From the NCBI GenBank assembly GCA_965200925.1, contig OZ241738.1, positions 2,507,965 through 2,571,964 on the forward strand: a stretch of DNA of 64,000 bases, read 5' to 3'. The DNA is from Alphaproteobacteria bacterium (GTDB lineage Bacteria; Pseudomonadota; Alphaproteobacteria; UBA828). Below are positions 9,434 through 20,177 of this stretch, in pieces (position 1 is the first letter of the stretch; each line of letters begins with the position of its first letter). Under the pieces are notes generated by a model, which searched no databases, was not told the DNA's origin, and worked only from the letters and a program-made list of their open reading frames with translations. The position numbers and the translations under genes are program-made.

Positions 9434-10258
9434 TTACCCGGTCGTGGCGAGAAAGTCGGCGAGAAGCGCGTTGAACTTCTCGGGATATTCCCAGAACATC
9501 ATGTGGCCGCCGAAGGCTTCGACGCGCGCGTTCGGGCAGTGCCTGGCCAGAAACGGTCTGGCCGTCTCCGCCCAATGGTCGGCGACGCAGAATAGCGACG
9601 GCACCTCCGCATCCACCTTCTTCGCCTCTTCCAGATAGTTCGCGAAGCACACGTCGGCGATGAGATTGGCCGCGACGAGCGGTGGCGTCGCCAGGGACTG
9701 CTCGACGATCCACGCGGTCGTCTCCGGCGTCATCTCCCCTTCGATCATGACGTTGTCGGCATACCAGGTGATGACGCGGCGCTGGCCCTGCGCGGTCTGG
9801 ACGCCCTGGAAGAACCCGGCCAGATCGGGGAGCGCGCCCTCGACCCAGTCGCGTCGGTCGTCGCTCATGCCGAGCGGCGGCATATCGACCGCAACGAACC
9901 CGCGAATCCCGTCGGTGCCGCGCTCGCGGACATGGTGCCACGCGGCCAGCGCTCCCGCGGACCAGCCCAGGACGACCGGGTTCTCGACGCTCAGATGATC
10001 GAGGAGGGTGGCCAGATCGGCGGCCTGGGTGGCGTAGTTGTTGCCGTCGCTCGTCACCGTCGAACGGCCGTGGCTGCGGGGGTCGAACGAAATGACCCGA
10101 TGGGAGTCGGAAAACGCGGCGAATTGGTGGTCGAAGACCCTGGTCGTGAAGGTCCAGCCGGGGATGAGGATCAGCGCGTCTCCCGCGCCCTCGTCCTCGT
10201 AATAGAGGTCGATGCCGGGGGCGATCTCGACATAGGAGCCGATGCGTCGAGTGGTCAT
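9434..10258 (-). CDS. Alpha/beta hydrolase (non-heme haloperoxidase/arylesterase-like)
   Basis: LYYEDEGAG, LIPGW, DPRSHGRS, GWSAG nucleophile elbow, GHMMFWEYPEKFN; AGGAG RBS. Confidence 0.88.
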   Translation of the reverse strand: MTTRRIGSYVEIAPGIDLYYEDEGAGDALILIPGWTFTTRVFDHQFAAFSDSHRVISFDPRSHGRSTVTSDGNNYATQAADLATLLDHLSVENPVVLGWSAGALAAWHHVRERGTDGIRGFVAVDMPPLGMSDDRRDWVEGALPDLAGFFQGVQTAQGQRRVITWYADNVMIEGEMTPETTAWIVEQSLATPPLVAANLIADVCFANYLEEAKKVDAEVPSLFCVADHWAETARPFLARHCPNARVEAFGGHMMFWEYPEKFNALLADFLATTG

Positions 10259-10298
10259 GACACTCTCCTGGATCGATCGGGCGGCCTTCCGACGGCGG

Positions 10299-12308
10299 CT
10301 ACAACCGCGCCCGCACCGCGGCGACGACCGCCTCCGCGGTGATGCCGAAATGGGCGTAGAGGTCCTTCGCCGGCGCCGACGCGCCGAAGCCGCGCATGCC
10401 CACCATGGAACCGGCCGGTCCGACATAGCGGTCCCAGCCGAGCGGGCTCGCCGCCTCGACGGCGACCCGCACCGCCCCGGCATCGCCGAGCACGTTCCGG
10501 CGGTAGGATTCGTCCTGCTGGTCGAAGAGCGCCCAGCAGGGGAGGGAGACAAGCCGGGTGGGGACGCCGTCCGCCTCGAGCGTGCGCCGCGCCGCCGCCG
10601 CGACCGCGCATTCGGAGCCGGTCGCGAGCAGGACCGCCTGCGGCCGCCGGGCCGACGCCTCGCGCAGAACGTAACCGCCGCGGGCACAGGCATTGCCGGC
10701 GGCGTCCTCGCGCAGGCAGGGCACCGCCTGGCGCGTCAGCACCAGAACGGACGGCCGCTCGGCGTTCGCCATCGCCAGTTCCCAGCACTCCGTCGTCTCG
10801 ACCGCGTCGGCCGGCCGGAACAGGAGGAGGTTGGGGATCGCCCTGAGGCTCGCGAGATGCTCGCAAGGCTGGTGCGTCGGGCCGTCCTCGCCGAGGCCGA
10901 TCGAATCGTGGGTCATCACGTAAATGACGCGGATCCGCATCAGCGCCGAAAGCCGCAGGGCGGGCCGACAATAGTCGGTGAACACGAGGAAGCTGCCACC
11001 ATAAGGGATGATGCCGCCGTGGAGCGCCATGCCGTTCATGATCGCGCCCATGGCGTGCTCGCGCACGCCGTAATGGAGGTAGCGCCCGCCGTAATCGTCG
11101 GGCGTGATCGTCTTCATCCCGGCGGCCTTCGCGCCGTTGGAATCGGAGAGGTCCGCCGAGCCGCCGAGCAGGACGGGCAGCACGCCGGCCGCCGCGCCGA
11201 GCGCCCGCTTGCTCGCGGCCCGCGTGGCGATGGCCGGCCGCTCCTCCAGCAGGCGTTCCTTGAGCGCGGCCAGCGCGGCGCCGAGGGTGTTCGGCACGGT
11301 GCCAGCGACGGCCGCGTCGAACGCCGCCCGGTCGTTCCCGGCCAGCGCGGCGCGGCGCGCCTCCCATGCCGTCCGCGCCGCCGCGCCACGGGCACCGGCG
11401 GCGCGCCAAGCGGCGAGACTGTCGGGCGGCACCGAGAAGGGCGGATGCGGCCAGCCCAGCGCCTCGCGTGTGCCGGCGACCTCGCCCGCGCCCAGCGGTG
11501 CCCCGTGGCAGGCCGCCGTCCCCGCCTTGGTCGGCGCACCGTAGCCGATCACCGTGCGGCACTCGATCAGCGAGGGGGCCGGCGCGGCCGCGGCGGCCGC
11601 GAGCGCCGCGGCGACCGCCTCCGGGTCGTGGCCATCCACCCGCCGGGCGTGCCAGCCCGCGGCCTCGAAGCGGGCCACGGCATCGTCCGAGGAGGCGAGG
11701 CCGGTCGGGCCGTCGATCGAGACCTCGTTGCTGTCGTAGAGGACGGTCAGGCGGTCGAGTTTCAGATGGCCGGCGAGGGAGATCGCCTCCTGGCTGATAC
11801 CCTCCATCAGGCAGCCGTCGCCGGCGACGGCATAGGTGCGGTGATCCACCAGGGCATCGCCGAAGCGCGCCGCCATGTGCCGCTCGGCCAGCGCCATGCC
11901 GACCGCGTTCGCGAGCCCCTGGCCCAGCGGTCCGGTGGTCGTCTCGATCCCGGCGGCGAGTCCGCGCTCGGGATGGCCGGCGGTCCGGCTGCCCAGCTGA
12001 CGGAAGTTCCGGATCTCCTCGATGTCGATGTCCGGATAGCCGGTGAGGTAGAGCAGCGCGTAGAGCAGCATCGAGCCGTGGCCGGCCGAAAGGACGAAGC
12101 GGTCGCGATCGGGCCAGTGCGGCCGCGAGGAGTCGAATTTCAGGAACCGGCAGAAGAGTACGGTCGCCACGTCGGCGAACCCGAGCGGCAGACCCGGATG
12201 GCCGGATTTCGCGCGCTCCACGGCGTCCATCGCCAGCGCGCGGAGGGCGTTCGCCAGCGCCGCATGATCGGCGCGCGGGCGGGACTCCTCGATCGCTCTG
12301 GAAGGCAT
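10299..12308 (-). CDS. tkt: Transketolase
   Basis: [59 protein letters not shown]. Confidence 0.98.
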   Translation of the reverse strand: MPSRAIEESRPRADHAALANALRALAMDAVERAKSGHPGLPLGFADVATVLFCRFLKFDSSRPHWPDRDRFVLSAGHGSMLLYALLYLTGYPDIDIEEIRNFRQLGSRTAGHPERGLAAGIETTTGPLGQGLANAVGMALAERHMAARFGDALVDHRTYAVAGDGCLMEGISQEAISLAGHLKLDRLTVLYDSNEVSIDGPTGLASSDDAVARFEAAGWHARRVDGHDPEAVAAALAAAAAAPAPSLIECRTVIGYGAPTKAGTAACHGAPLGAGEVAGTREALGWPHPPFSVPPDSLAAWRAAGARGAAARTAWEARRAALAGNDRAAFDAAVAGTVPNTLGAALAALKERLLEERPAIATRAASKRALGAAAGVLPVLLGGSADLSDSNGAKAAGMKTITPDDYGGRYLHYGVREHAMGAIMNGMALHGGIIPYGGSFLVFTDYCRPALRLSALMRIRVIYVMTHDSIGLGEDGPTHQPCEHLASLRAIPNLLLFRPADAVETTECWELAMANAERPSVLVLTRQAVPCLREDAAGNACARGGYVLREASARRPQAVLLATGSECAVAAAARRTLEADGVPTRLVSLPCWALFDQQDESYRRNVLGDAGAVRVAVEAASPLGWDRYVGPAGSMVGMRGFGASAPAKDLYAHFGITAEAVVAAVRARL

Positions 12309-12541
12309 CCGCTCCGCCGCCCCGTCCCGCGCGCCCGCGCCCCGACGCACGCACCATGCCGCCCCCTTCCCGGACCGTCAACCGCGCGTCCCGGCGCGCC
12401 GCCGGCGGCCCGTTCCGGTGCGGGCTCCCGGGCGGATTGGCCGCCCGCGGCGGGCGGCGGTAGAATGGCGTCGGTTCCGCGCCCGCCGCCCGCGCTCGCG
12501 GGGCCCGACGCGCCGACGCAGCCCGGCGGACCGGGGCGCCC

Positions 12542-14050
12542 ATGGCCTATCGATCGTTGCGTGACTTCATCACCCGCCTGGAGGGCGCGGGACGGCTCGA
12601 GCGGGTTTCGGCGCCGGTCTCCATCCATCTCGAAATGACCGAGATCCAGACCCGCCTGATCGCGGAAGGCGGGCCGGCCGTGCTCTTCGAGAACGCCACG
12701 GGCGCGGACGGTGCACGCTACGACGCGCCGGTGCTGGTCAACCTGTTCGGGACGGTCGAGCGCGTCGCCTGGGGCATGAACCGGGAACCCGGCGAGCTCC
12801 GCGCGGTCGGCGAGACCCTCGCCTTCCTGCGCCAGCCGGCGCCGCCGGGCGGCTGGCGCGAGGCCGTGGGGATGCTGCCGCTGCTCAATGCCGTGCGGGC
12901 GATGAAGCCGAAGACCGTGCATGACGGACCGGCGCAGGAAGTGGTGCTCACCGGCGGGGAGATCGACCTCTCCCGCCTGCCGATTCAGACCTGCTGGCCC
13001 GGCGAGCCGGCGCCGCTGATCACCTGGCCGCTGGTGGTGACGAAGGGGCCGGGCGGGGCCCGCGAAGACGACTACAACCTCGGCATCTACCGGATGCAGG
13101 TGCTGGAGCGCGACAAGACGCTGATGCGCTGGCTCGCGCACCGGGGCGGTGCCCAGCAGCACCGGCGCTGGGCGGCGGCGAAGCGCGCGCCGCTCCCCGC
13201 GGCGGCGGTCATCGGCGCCGACCCCGGCACCATCCTGGCGGCGGTGACGCCCGTGCCGGACACGCTCTCGGAATACCGCTTCGCCGGGCTCCTGCGCGGG
13301 AGCAAGGTCGAGCTGGTGCGGGCGAAGACCGTGCCGCTGGAGGTTCCGGCCGAGGCCGAAATCGTCATCGAGGGCCACGTCAGCCTCGACGACTACCGCG
13401 ACGAGGGCCCTTACGGCGATCACACCGGCTACTACAACGCGGTCGAGCCCTTCCCGGTGTTCACCGTTTCCGCCATCACCATGCGGCGCGACCCGATTTA
13501 CCTTTCGACCTATACCGGGCGCCCGCCAGACGAGCCGAGCGTCCTCGGCGAGGCGCTCAACGAGGTCTTCGTCCCCCTGCTCGCGCAGCAGTTCCCCGAG
13601 ATCGTCGATTTCTGGTTGCCGCCGGAAGGGTGCAGCTACCGCATCGCCGTGGTCGCGATCAGGAAGACCTACGCCGGCCAGGCCCGGCGGATCATGATGG
13701 CGGTCTGGTCCTATCTGCGGCAGTTCATGTACACGAAATGGGTGATCGTGGTGGACGACGACATCGACGCGCGCGACTGGAAGGACGTGATGTGGGCCGT
13801 CGCGACGCGCATGGACCCGGCGCGCGACATCGCGATCATCGAGAATACGCCCATCGACTATCTCGACTTCGCGAGCCCGCAGCCGGGCCTCGGCGCCAAG
13901 ATCGGCCTCGACTCGACCACCAAGCTCCCGCCCGAGACGAGCCGGACCTGGGGGACGCGCATCCGCATGGCCGACGACGTCGTGCAGGCGGTGACCGACA
14001 AATGGGAGTCCTACGGGCTGCCGGGCACCGGCAGGCCGATCTGGCGATGA
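12542..14050 (+). CDS. ubiD: UbiD family (3-polyprenyl-4-hydroxybenzoate) decarboxylase
   Basis: [44 protein letters not shown]. Confidence 0.93.
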   Translation: MAYRSLRDFITRLEGAGRLERVSAPVSIHLEMTEIQTRLIAEGGPAVLFENATGADGARYDAPVLVNLFGTVERVAWGMNREPGELRAVGETLAFLRQPAPPGGWREAVGMLPLLNAVRAMKPKTVHDGPAQEVVLTGGEIDLSRLPIQTCWPGEPAPLITWPLVVTKGPGGAREDDYNLGIYRMQVLERDKTLMRWLAHRGGAQQHRRWAAAKRAPLPAAAVIGADPGTILAAVTPVPDTLSEYRFAGLLRGSKVELVRAKTVPLEVPAEAEIVIEGHVSLDDYRDEGPYGDHTGYYNAVEPFPVFTVSAITMRRDPIYLSTYTGRPPDEPSVLGEALNEVFVPLLAQQFPEIVDFWLPPEGCSYRIAVVAIRKTYAGQARRIMMAVWSYLRQFMYTKWVIVVDDDIDARDWKDVMWAVATRMDPARDIAIIENTPIDYLDFASPQPGLGAKIGLDSTTKLPPETSRTWGTRIRMADDVVQAVTDKWESYGLPGTGRPIWR

Positions 14051-14078
14051 GCCGCGCCGCCGGAACGGGGAGAAGCGC

Positions 14079-15026
14079 ATGATCGGGAAGACCGCCTTCG
14101 TCACCGGTGCGTCGGGGTTCATCGGCGTGAACCTGGTGAAGCGGCTGGGCGAGGCCGGCTGGTCGGTGACGGCGCTGCATCGCGCGACCTCCGACCTCAC
14201 CTACCTGCGGCGTTTCCCGGCGGCGCTCGCGGTGGGCGACGTGGCGGACCGCGAGTCCGTGATGCGGGCCATGCCGGAGGGCGTCGACGCCGTCTTCCAC
14301 GTCGCCGGCAGCGTCAGCTTCGCGGCGGCGGGCGACGCCGACCAGACCCGCGCCAACGTGGACGGCACCTGCGCGGTGATCGAGGCGGCGCGGACGAAAG
14401 GCGCCGGGCGCTTCGTCCATACCTCGACCGGCGCCGCGTTCGGCCTCCACGACGGCGTGGAGATCGACGAGACCGCGCCCTCCAACGCGGACGCCATCCC
14501 GATCAACTACTTCCGCACCAAGAAGGCGGCCGAAGACAGAGTGCTCGAATCGGCGGCCGCCGGCCTCGACGCGGTGTGCGTGAATCCGGGCAGCGTGGTC
14601 GGGCCCTATGACCGGGTGATCTGGGGCCCCTTCGTCCAGGCCATCGCGCGCGGTGCCATGGCCACGGTCGGCACCGGCGGCGGCAGCTTCTGCCACGTGG
14701 ACGAGACGGCCAAGGCCCACATCGCCGCCTACCACCGGGGGCGACGCGGCGAGCGCTACCTCCTCGCCGGCGCCGTCGCGCGCTTCGCGGAGGCCGCCCG
14801 CGTCGTCGCTGAACTCACCGGCGCCCGCCCGCCGCGGCCGTCGCGCGAACCCGACCCGGCCGCCAGCCCGGAGGTCCGGTTCATGATGGAGCGGACCCAG
14901 ATCCTGAACTGCGACAAGGCGACCCGCGAACTGGGCTTCAAGCCCGTCCCGCTGCGCGCCATGTTCGCCGACCTCTGCGCCTGGATGCGCGAAGAGGGCC
15001 TGCTTCCCGCCGCACCCGGCGCCTGA
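14079..15026 (+). CDS. NAD-dependent epimerase/dehydratase (dihydroflavonol reductase-like)
   Basis: VTGASGFIG, VFHVAG, YFRTK, NPGSVVGP. Confidence 0.9.
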   Translation: MIGKTAFVTGASGFIGVNLVKRLGEAGWSVTALHRATSDLTYLRRFPAALAVGDVADRESVMRAMPEGVDAVFHVAGSVSFAAAGDADQTRANVDGTCAVIEAARTKGAGRFVHTSTGAAFGLHDGVEIDETAPSNADAIPINYFRTKKAAEDRVLESAAAGLDAVCVNPGSVVGPYDRVIWGPFVQAIARGAMATVGTGGGSFCHVDETAKAHIAAYHRGRRGERYLLAGAVARFAEAARVVAELTGARPPRPSREPDPAASPEVRFMMERTQILNCDKATRELGFKPVPLRAMFADLCAWMREEGLLPAAPGA

Positions 15027-15032
15027 AGCCCG

Positions 15033-15986
15033 GTGCGCGGGCCGTCCCCCCGCTGCGCCGCGCTCGAGGCCGGCGACGGCCCACGCCTGCGTGTCGCGAT
15101 CTGGCCCGCGCCGGCGGGCGCGGCGAGGGGCACCGTGGTGCTCCTGCAAGGGCGCGCCGAATTCGTCGAGAAATATGGCGAGACGGCGGGCGACCTGCGG
15201 GCCCGGGGCTTCGCCGTGTTCTCCCTCGACTGGCGCGGCCAGGGCGGCTCGGGCCGGGCGCTCGCCGACCCGCGCAAGGGCCATGTGGAGAGCTACGACG
15301 CCTATCTCGCGGATCTCGACCGCTTCCTGGAGCGGATCGTCCTCTCCTCCGCCCCGCGCCCGATCGTGGTGCTGGCCCATTCGATGGGGGCGCATGTCGC
15401 CCTCCGCCATTGCCTCCGCCACTTCGGCGCGCCCTGCCCCGCGCCTTATTTCGCGGCCCGGCTGGTCCTCACCGCGCCGCTGGTCGCTCTCGCCCTGGGG
15501 CCTGCGCGGCGGAAGCTGGCCGCGGCGCTCGCCGTCGGCGCCGCGGCGTTCGGGCTGGGCGCCTGCGCCGCGCCGGGCGGGACCGGCTACCCGCCGGCCT
15601 TCGACGACAATCCGCTCACCCGCGACCGCCGGCGCTTCGCGCGCAACGCGGCGCTGCTGCGCGAGAACCCGGCGCTGGCCGTCGGCTGGCCGACCCTGGG
15701 CTGGCTCGCCGCCACCCTGCGCTCGGCCGCCGTCCTGCGGCGACCGGGCGGTGCGGAGGCCGTCAGCCTGCCCGTCCTGATCGTCGCCGCGGGCGCCGAC
15801 TGGGTGGTCTCGAACGCGGCCCAGGTCCGCCTCGCCGCGCGCCTGCCCGACTGCGCGTTCGTCACGATTCCCGGCGCCCGCCACGAACTCCTGATGGAGA
15901 CCGACGCCGTCCGCGCGGCCTTCTTCGCCCGCTTCGACGCCTTCGTCGGCGCCGGGCCGCGATTCGATCCAGTCCGCAATCGGTAG
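15033..15986 (+). CDS. Lysophospholipase (PldB-like alpha/beta hydrolase)
   Basis: GRAEFVEKY, DWRGQGGSGR, AHSMG, GARHELLME. Confidence 0.88.
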   Translation: MRGPSPRCAALEAGDGPRLRVAIWPAPAGAARGTVVLLQGRAEFVEKYGETAGDLRARGFAVFSLDWRGQGGSGRALADPRKGHVESYDAYLADLDRFLERIVLSSAPRPIVVLAHSMGAHVALRHCLRHFGAPCPAPYFAARLVLTAPLVALALGPARRKLAAALAVGAAAFGLGACAAPGGTGYPPAFDDNPLTRDRRRFARNAALLRENPALAVGWPTLGWLAATLRSAAVLRRPGGAEAVSLPVLIVAAGADWVVSNAAQVRLAARLPDCAFVTIPGARHELLMETDAVRAAFFARFDAFVGAGPRFDPVRNR

Positions 15987-16163
15987 ATAGAACCGGACCT
16001 TACTCGAACCGGGCTTCGTTCAACCGCCAGCAGGCGTCGGTTCCCCGCAACGCCTCGTTGCCTTTCGCATGGTCCGGAAAGATCGAAGGATCGTATGGTG
16101 TATCACCGTTCGCATACGGGCATGGGCGGTTTCTCCCGGTTCCGGTCGCGGGGGCCGGCCTCT

Positions 16164-17075
16164 CTACCGATCGCGGTCCAGCCGGTAGAAGCGGATCGCG
16201 TTGTCGTGGAAGAGCGCCCGCTGCTCGTCCGCGCCCAGGTCGGCGACGATGGCCTTGAAGGCGTCGTACACGGCGTCCGCGCCGCCGTGCAGCCCGGCCA
16301 CCGGAAAATCGCTCGCGAACATGCAGCGCCCGACGCCGAAGGCCTCGATCGCGTGCAGGACGAAGGGGCGGATGCTCTCCACCGTCCAGTCGTGGTCGTA
16401 GGCGCCGAGGTCGGAGATCTTGACGGCGACGTTCCCGGCCCGCGCGAGGGCGGCCATGCCGTCGCGCCATCCCTTGAGGCCGTCCGCGTCGCGGTCGGCG
16501 GGGCTGCCGGTGTGGTTGAGGAGGATCGGCGTGTCCGGGAAAGCGCGGGCGAGCGCGAGCGCATCGTCCAGCTGCCCGGAATAGATCATCAGGTCGAAGG
16601 AGAGATCGTACTTGCGCAGCAGGCCGAAGCCTCGCCGCCAAGCGGAATCCCGCATGAGGTCGGCGCGGTCCGTGAAGGTCCAGGCCGGGTTGCGGTGCCA
16701 GCTCATGATCTGGCGGATGCCGCGGACGTTGGCGTAAGCCCGCAGCGCCTCCAGGATGGCCTCGACCCCCGGCTCGGCGAGGGAGGCAAAGGCGACGATC
16801 CCGTGCGGGAAGCCGTGTTCGTCGGCGACCTCCTGGAGCCAGCGCGTTTCGCCGAGCGGATCGTCGAAGCTCGCCTGAATGTGGACCGACTTGACGGGCG
16901 CGACCCCGGCCATGTCCGCCAGATAGTCGGCAATCCCATAGTCGCGCATCAGCGGCGCGGTGTTGCCGAAGACCGCCTCGCGCGGCTCTCCGGTCAGCCA
17001 CGAATAGCGGCCGGAGCCGAGCGCCCAGAGGTGATGGTGGGCATCGACGATCGGGCCGTCATAGAGTCCGCTCAT
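16164..17075 (-). CDS. Amidohydrolase_2 family protein (L-fuconolactonase-like)
   Basis: IVDAHHHLW, VRGIRQ, ILLNHTG, VKISD, CMFASDFPV. Confidence 0.88.
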   Translation of the reverse strand: MSGLYDGPIVDAHHHLWALGSGRYSWLTGEPREAVFGNTAPLMRDYGIADYLADMAGVAPVKSVHIQASFDDPLGETRWLQEVADEHGFPHGIVAFASLAEPGVEAILEALRAYANVRGIRQIMSWHRNPAWTFTDRADLMRDSAWRRGFGLLRKYDLSFDLMIYSGQLDDALALARAFPDTPILLNHTGSPADRDADGLKGWRDGMAALARAGNVAVKISDLGAYDHDWTVESIRPFVLHAIEAFGVGRCMFASDFPVAGLHGGADAVYDAFKAIVADLGADEQRALFHDNAIRFYRLDRDR

Positions 17076-17215
17076 GCGCCTTCTCCCCGTCCCCCGCGCG
17101 CCCGATGCGCGCATGGGCGGGCGGGGGAGTCAAGGCGCCGCCTCCCGCGGTGTGGTAGATAGGGCGCGGCCGATCGGCTGCCACGACCCATGCCGCCGGG
17201 GGACCACCGAACACG

Positions 17216-18229
17216 ATGCCGATCGACGATAACGGGCAAGCCGGAAGCGAGGCCCCGCGCGCGGCGGCGCACGAGACCCGGCGCGTCACGGTGCCGGCGC
17301 TGGAGGCCATCCTCCATCGGCCCCTGAAGGTGCTCGATCACGGCTTCGTCCGGGTGATCGACTACATGGGCGACGATTCGGCGATCGTCCAGGCGGCGCG
17401 GGTCTCCTACGGGCGCGGCACGCGGAAGGCGCGGGAAGACCGGGACCTGATCCGTTACCTCCTGCGCCACCGGCACACGACGCCGTTCGAGATGTGCGAG
17501 ATCAAGCTGCACGTCAAATTGCCGATCTTCGTCGCGCGGCAGTGGCTCCGGCACCGCACCGCCAGCGTCAACGAAGTTTCCGCACGCTATTCCCGCCTGG
17601 ACCGCGAATTCTACGTGCCTGACGCGGCCCATCTCCGCTCGGTGCTGAAGAAGCGGGACAGGACGCCCACGCTGTTCGAGATGAAGACGGCGGCGCGCGA
17701 GGCGACCGCCGCCCAATCGGAGTCCAACAGGCAGGGCCGAGGCGCGTTGGTGGATTCGGCGGAGCTCGAGGACACGCTGAAGCGCATCAACGATCTCTCC
17801 GGGCGGGCCTACCGCGTCTACGAGACCCTGCTTAACGAAACCGGGGACGGCGCGCGCAAGGACCCGGCACGCGCCGGGCTCGCCCGCGAGCTCGCGCGGA
17901 CGGTGCTTCCCGTCAACTACTACACGCAGTTCTACTGGAAGAGCGACCTGCACAACCTGCTGCGCTTCCTCTCGCTCCGCGCCGACGCGCACGCGCAATA
18001 CGAAATCCGCGCCTATGCCGAGACGATCCTGGGCGACGTCGTCAAGCGCTGGGTCCCGGAGACGTACCAGGCGTTCCGGGATTACGTGCACGACGCGGCG
18101 TCGCTCTCGGCGGGCGCCCTCGCGGTGGTCAGGCGCATGGTGGCCGGCGACGCGGTCGATCGGGAAACGAGCGGGCTGAACGCGCGCGAGTGGCGCGACC
18201 TGATGGCCGCCCTGGGGCGCGATCCGTAG
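17216..18229 (+). CDS. thyX: FAD-dependent thymidylate synthase
   Basis: QAARVSY, HTTPFEM, RHRTASVNEVSARY signature, HAQYEIR. Confidence 0.96.
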   Translation: MPIDDNGQAGSEAPRAAAHETRRVTVPALEAILHRPLKVLDHGFVRVIDYMGDDSAIVQAARVSYGRGTRKAREDRDLIRYLLRHRHTTPFEMCEIKLHVKLPIFVARQWLRHRTASVNEVSARYSRLDREFYVPDAAHLRSVLKKRDRTPTLFEMKTAAREATAAQSESNRQGRGALVDSAELEDTLKRINDLSGRAYRVYETLLNETGDGARKDPARAGLARELARTVLPVNYYTQFYWKSDLHNLLRFLSLRADAHAQYEIRAYAETILGDVVKRWVPETYQAFRDYVHDAASLSAGALAVVRRMVAGDAVDRETSGLNAREWRDLMAALGRDP

Positions 18230-18364
18230 CCGGGCGCGGGCGACGGTGCACGCCCGGGCGCTGCCTTGCGGCGGGACACGAAACGTGATGGGCTGCGGCC
18301 ATGGATCGCCAGAGGCTCGATAAACCAGCGCCCGCGCGCGGGACCGGCGGCGGCCGGTAGCGCC

Positions 18365-18610
18365 TTGGCCCGGGTCGTCCTGCCGTCGAGCTTGGCGCGC
18401 TATACCGGCGGCGTCACCGAAACCGAGGTCGAGGCGCGCGACGTCCGCGGGGTGATCCGCGCTCTGGAGGCGCGCTACGCCGGCATCGGACGGGAGCTCG
18501 AGGAAGGCATGGCCGTCGCGGTCGATGCCGAAATCCACCAGGACGACCTGTTCGCGGCCGTCGGGCCGGACAGCGAGGTCTGCTTCCTGCCCCGGATCGG
18601 CGGCGGATAA
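18365..18610 (+). CDS. MoaD/ThiS family sulfur carrier
   Basis: About 81 aa beta-grasp-like protein ending FLPRIGGG; TTG start inferred. Confidence 0.82.
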   Translation: MARVVLPSSLARYTGGVTETEVEARDVRGVIRALEARYAGIGRELEEGMAVAVDAEIHQDDLFAAVGPDSEVCFLPRIGGG

Positions 18611-18616
18611 CCCGGC

Positions 18617-19807
18617 TCATCCGGCCGGCGTGGCGACGGGCCTGCCGTGGTGGCGGCCGAGCCACGCCAGGCTTGCCAGCACCGCGACCAGGAACGGGAG
18701 CACGGCGTAGTTCATCGCCTGCCAGCCGAAGGCCTCGTGCGCGGCACCCGAGAGGAGCGCCGCCGCGGCCACGCCAGCGAACACGATGAAATCGTGGGCG
18801 GCCTGGGTCTTCGCCTTCTCGGCCGGGCTGTGGAGATCGGTCACCAGGGTCGTGCCGCCGATGAACAGGAAGTTCCAGCCGACGCCGAGCAGAATCGCGC
18901 CGAGCCAGAAATTGACCAGCGCCACGTCCTGAAGGTTGCAGGCGACGCAGAACGCGATCAGGAGCGCGCCGCTCCCCATCACGGTCGGCGTGCCGAAGCG
19001 CCGGATCAGATGCCCGGTGACGAAGGAAGGGGCGAACATGCCGAGCACGTGCCACTGGATGGTCTGCGCCGATTCCGAAAAGCCGAACCCGCAGAACCGC
19101 ATGGCCAGCGGCGTCGCGGTCATCAGCAGCGCCATCATCGTGTAGCCGATCAGCGAGCCGAGCACCGCGACGACGAAGGCGGGCTGGCGCATGATCACCG
19201 GCAGCGGCCGCCCCTCGCCGCTGCGCTCCTCGGCGCCCGGCGGCGGGATGGTGACGAAGCGGAGCACGACCAGGGTCGTGACGTAGAGCGCGGCCACCGA
19301 GACGTAGACCCCGGCGAAGGCGACGGGCGCCAGCATGTCCATCGACCAGTCGGCGAGCAGCGGCCCGAACGAGGCGACCACGCCGCCGGCGAGCACCAGG
19401 GAGATCGCGCGGCTCTTGAAGGCGTCGCTCGCCGCGTCGGCCGCGGCGAACCGGTAATACTGGGCGAAGCCGTTGAACGCGCCGATCAGCGCCGAACCCA
19501 GGCAGAAGAGGACGAAGCCGCCGGCCAGGATCCCCCAACAGGCGGTGAGCGCGCCGGCGAGCCCGATGAAGGCGCCGACGGTGAAGCCGGCGCGCCGGCC
19601 GATGCGCTTCATCAGGAGCGAGGCCGGGACGGTCGCCGCCATCGTCACCGTGAACTGGATGCCGATCGGCAGCGTCGCCAGCGTCTTCGTCTCGGCGAGG
19701 CCGTGGCCGATCAGGGCGGCGGCGGCGATCACCGCCGAGGTGGAGGTCAGGAACAGCGCCTGGCAGAGCGCCAGCAACGCCACGTCGCGGATGCGCGCCT
19801 CGGGCAT
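18617..19807 (-). CDS. MFS transporter
   Basis: About 12 hydrophobic segments; RIGRRAG, YRFAAAD, IQWHVLGMFAPSF, GVGWNF. Confidence 0.92.
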   Translation of the reverse strand: MPEARIRDVALLALCQALFLTSTSAVIAAAALIGHGLAETKTLATLPIGIQFTVTMAATVPASLLMKRIGRRAGFTVGAFIGLAGALTACWGILAGGFVLFCLGSALIGAFNGFAQYYRFAAADAASDAFKSRAISLVLAGGVVASFGPLLADWSMDMLAPVAFAGVYVSVAALYVTTLVVLRFVTIPPPGAEERSGEGRPLPVIMRQPAFVVAVLGSLIGYTMMALLMTATPLAMRFCGFGFSESAQTIQWHVLGMFAPSFVTGHLIRRFGTPTVMGSGALLIAFCVACNLQDVALVNFWLGAILLGVGWNFLFIGGTTLVTDLHSPAEKAKTQAAHDFIVFAGVAAAALLSGAAHEAFGWQAMNYAVLPFLVAVLASLAWLGRHHGRPVATPAG

Positions 19808-20005
19808 GGCCAAGGATACCACGCCGCGGCCCGCTGGCTTGCGCCGCGCCATCGCGGCGACGGAAGCGAGCCGCTTCACACCCGGCGGGTCAATGGAACT
19901 GCAAGATCGCCGGCGGCGCGCCCGAGGGCATCTGCCGGCGGGCCCTCTTCGACGCCGCCCGCGCCGCCCGCCCCTGAGCCTGTCGAATTTTTTGAAATTT
20001 TTCGC

Positions 20006-20035
20006 TTGACGCGCCCGGCGGGTCGATGCTATCCT
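20006..20035 (+). promoter_or_regulatory. Sigma70-like promoter with extended -10 and AT-rich upstream element
   Basis: TTGACG (20006-11), 18-nt spacer, TGcTATCCT (20027-35); preceded by GAATTTTTTGAAATTTTT in otherwise very GC-rich DNA. Confidence 0.65.
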
Positions 20036-20043
20036 GAACCTAG

Positions 20044-20177
20044 CTCTCCATAGGGGCCTCTCCATAGGGGCCTCTCCATAGGGGCCTCTCCATAGGGGCC
20101 TCTCCATAGGGGCCTCTCCATAGGGGCCTCTCCATAGGGGCCTCTCCATAGGGGCCTCTCCATAGGGGCCTCTCCAT
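20044..20177. repeat. Perfect tandem repeat (VNTR) CTCTCCATAGGGGC, 9 copies plus 8 nt
   Basis: 14-bp unit starting at 20044, 20058 ... 20156, then partial CTCTCCAT; no spacers. Confidence 0.97.

Noticed and set aside
10242-14200. Long antisense or alternate-frame ORFs here and throughout the window
   Set aside because: Arg/Gly/Ala/Pro-rich shadows expected from stop-codon scarcity in high-GC DNA; no motifs
20044-20177. 14-bp array as a CRISPR array or iteron origin
   Set aside because: No spacers and no cas genes; units are contiguous and shorter than typical iterons, and no rep gene is present
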